Assembly: GCA_002269645.1 (NCBI GenBank)
Contig: NIVC01000161.1
Span: 1 to 64,000 of the forward strand
Direction of reading: 5' to 3'
Length of the DNA stretch: 64,000 nt
DNA from: Macrostomum lignano
Taxonomy: Eukaryota
Part shown: positions 1-64,000 of the stretch, piece after piece
Numbering within the stretch: position 1 is the first letter of the stretch
Layout of the letters: the number at the start of each line of letters is the position of its first letter
The notes under the pieces: generated by a model
The model's input: the letters and a program-made list of their open reading frames with translations, nothing else
Databases searched by the model: none
What the model was told of the DNA's origin: nothing
Program-made: the position numbers and the translations under genes

Positions 1-723
1 ACCTGCAACAGGAGCCCGAGGGCCACTCGCCAATGGCCAGATGTGTTCGGTAAAGCAGGATACACATTGCATTCATTCCTCATCGCTGAGCCTCCAGAAG
101 GGAAATTTTATTTTAAATCAATAGTTGTTTTTTGATCACCTGTCGCTTCACTAGCTAAAGTGGCAGATATACTACTTATCTACGCCTTCCAGCAGTAGCC
201 ACAGCAGACTTTTTGTTTTTTGCAATTACAACAATAGCTAAGTCAGCCATCTAGTGTAGATAGGCTATGGACTGTAGCAGCTCAGAGCTCTATGCATTTA
301 CCTTGACAACTACCACCTTTGCCAGCAGTTCGTGCCTTTGTTCGGTCTCTGTTAGAATTTGTTTTATTTAATCAATTATTTAATTGCTTTTGCTCAAACT
401 ATTTCTTGCTTTTTGTACTGTACAGAAACAAGTTCGTGTGTGACGCACTTTTATCCGCTTTTTGTATTGAAAGGAAGATACTTTTTATAGGGGCATTTTT
501 TGTAGCTGAAGTGTGACGGAGCTAGGTTTTGATTCTCGAGTTTCGAAAAATCTGGAGACACGTAAAAGCGTATGCTCAGTTAAAATGCGTTTTTTTCAAA
601 TCAAACGTAAATTATTTCCCCCTATAATCGTTATATTCTACTGATAAATTTGTCAGTAGACTATCGCGGACATGTAGGTCTAAATTTGTGTTTTCCCTAA
701 ATTTTTCCAACTAAATCATGCAG

Positions 724-64000
<63,277 letters not shown>

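Overview
Eukaryotic (animal) genomic DNA. The whole window is an internal segment of one giant + strand gene encoding a spectrin-repeat (SR) rod protein. It is most like nesprin-1/SYNE1 or Drosophila Msp300, judged from recalled similarity of exons 17-18; no database search was run. I traced 38 GT-AG exons by hand (about 21 kb CDS, about 7,000 aa). The start, stop, calponin-homology domains and canonical KASH domain are not in the window. GC-rich exons and minisatellite-filled AT-rich introns suggest a flatworm such as Macrostomum (inference). One clear 1-nt frameshift lies near 5073. The most notable features are: (i) a 6.9-kb exon with roughly 100 S-P-x-R repeats; (ii) an adjacent non-SR beta-rich exon with FHA-like motifs; (iii) several phase-0 alternative first and terminal exon candidates hidden in introns (myristoylation-like, polyQ+NLS, TQT/LC8-motif and KASH-like hydrophobic tails); (iv) intronic repeats built on regulatory motifs (Pol III B-box, CRE, E-box); (v) a foldback-like element, a short relative of it, and an hAT MITE with an 8-bp TSD. 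There is no evidence for prokaryotic systems, CRISPR arrays or RNA genes.
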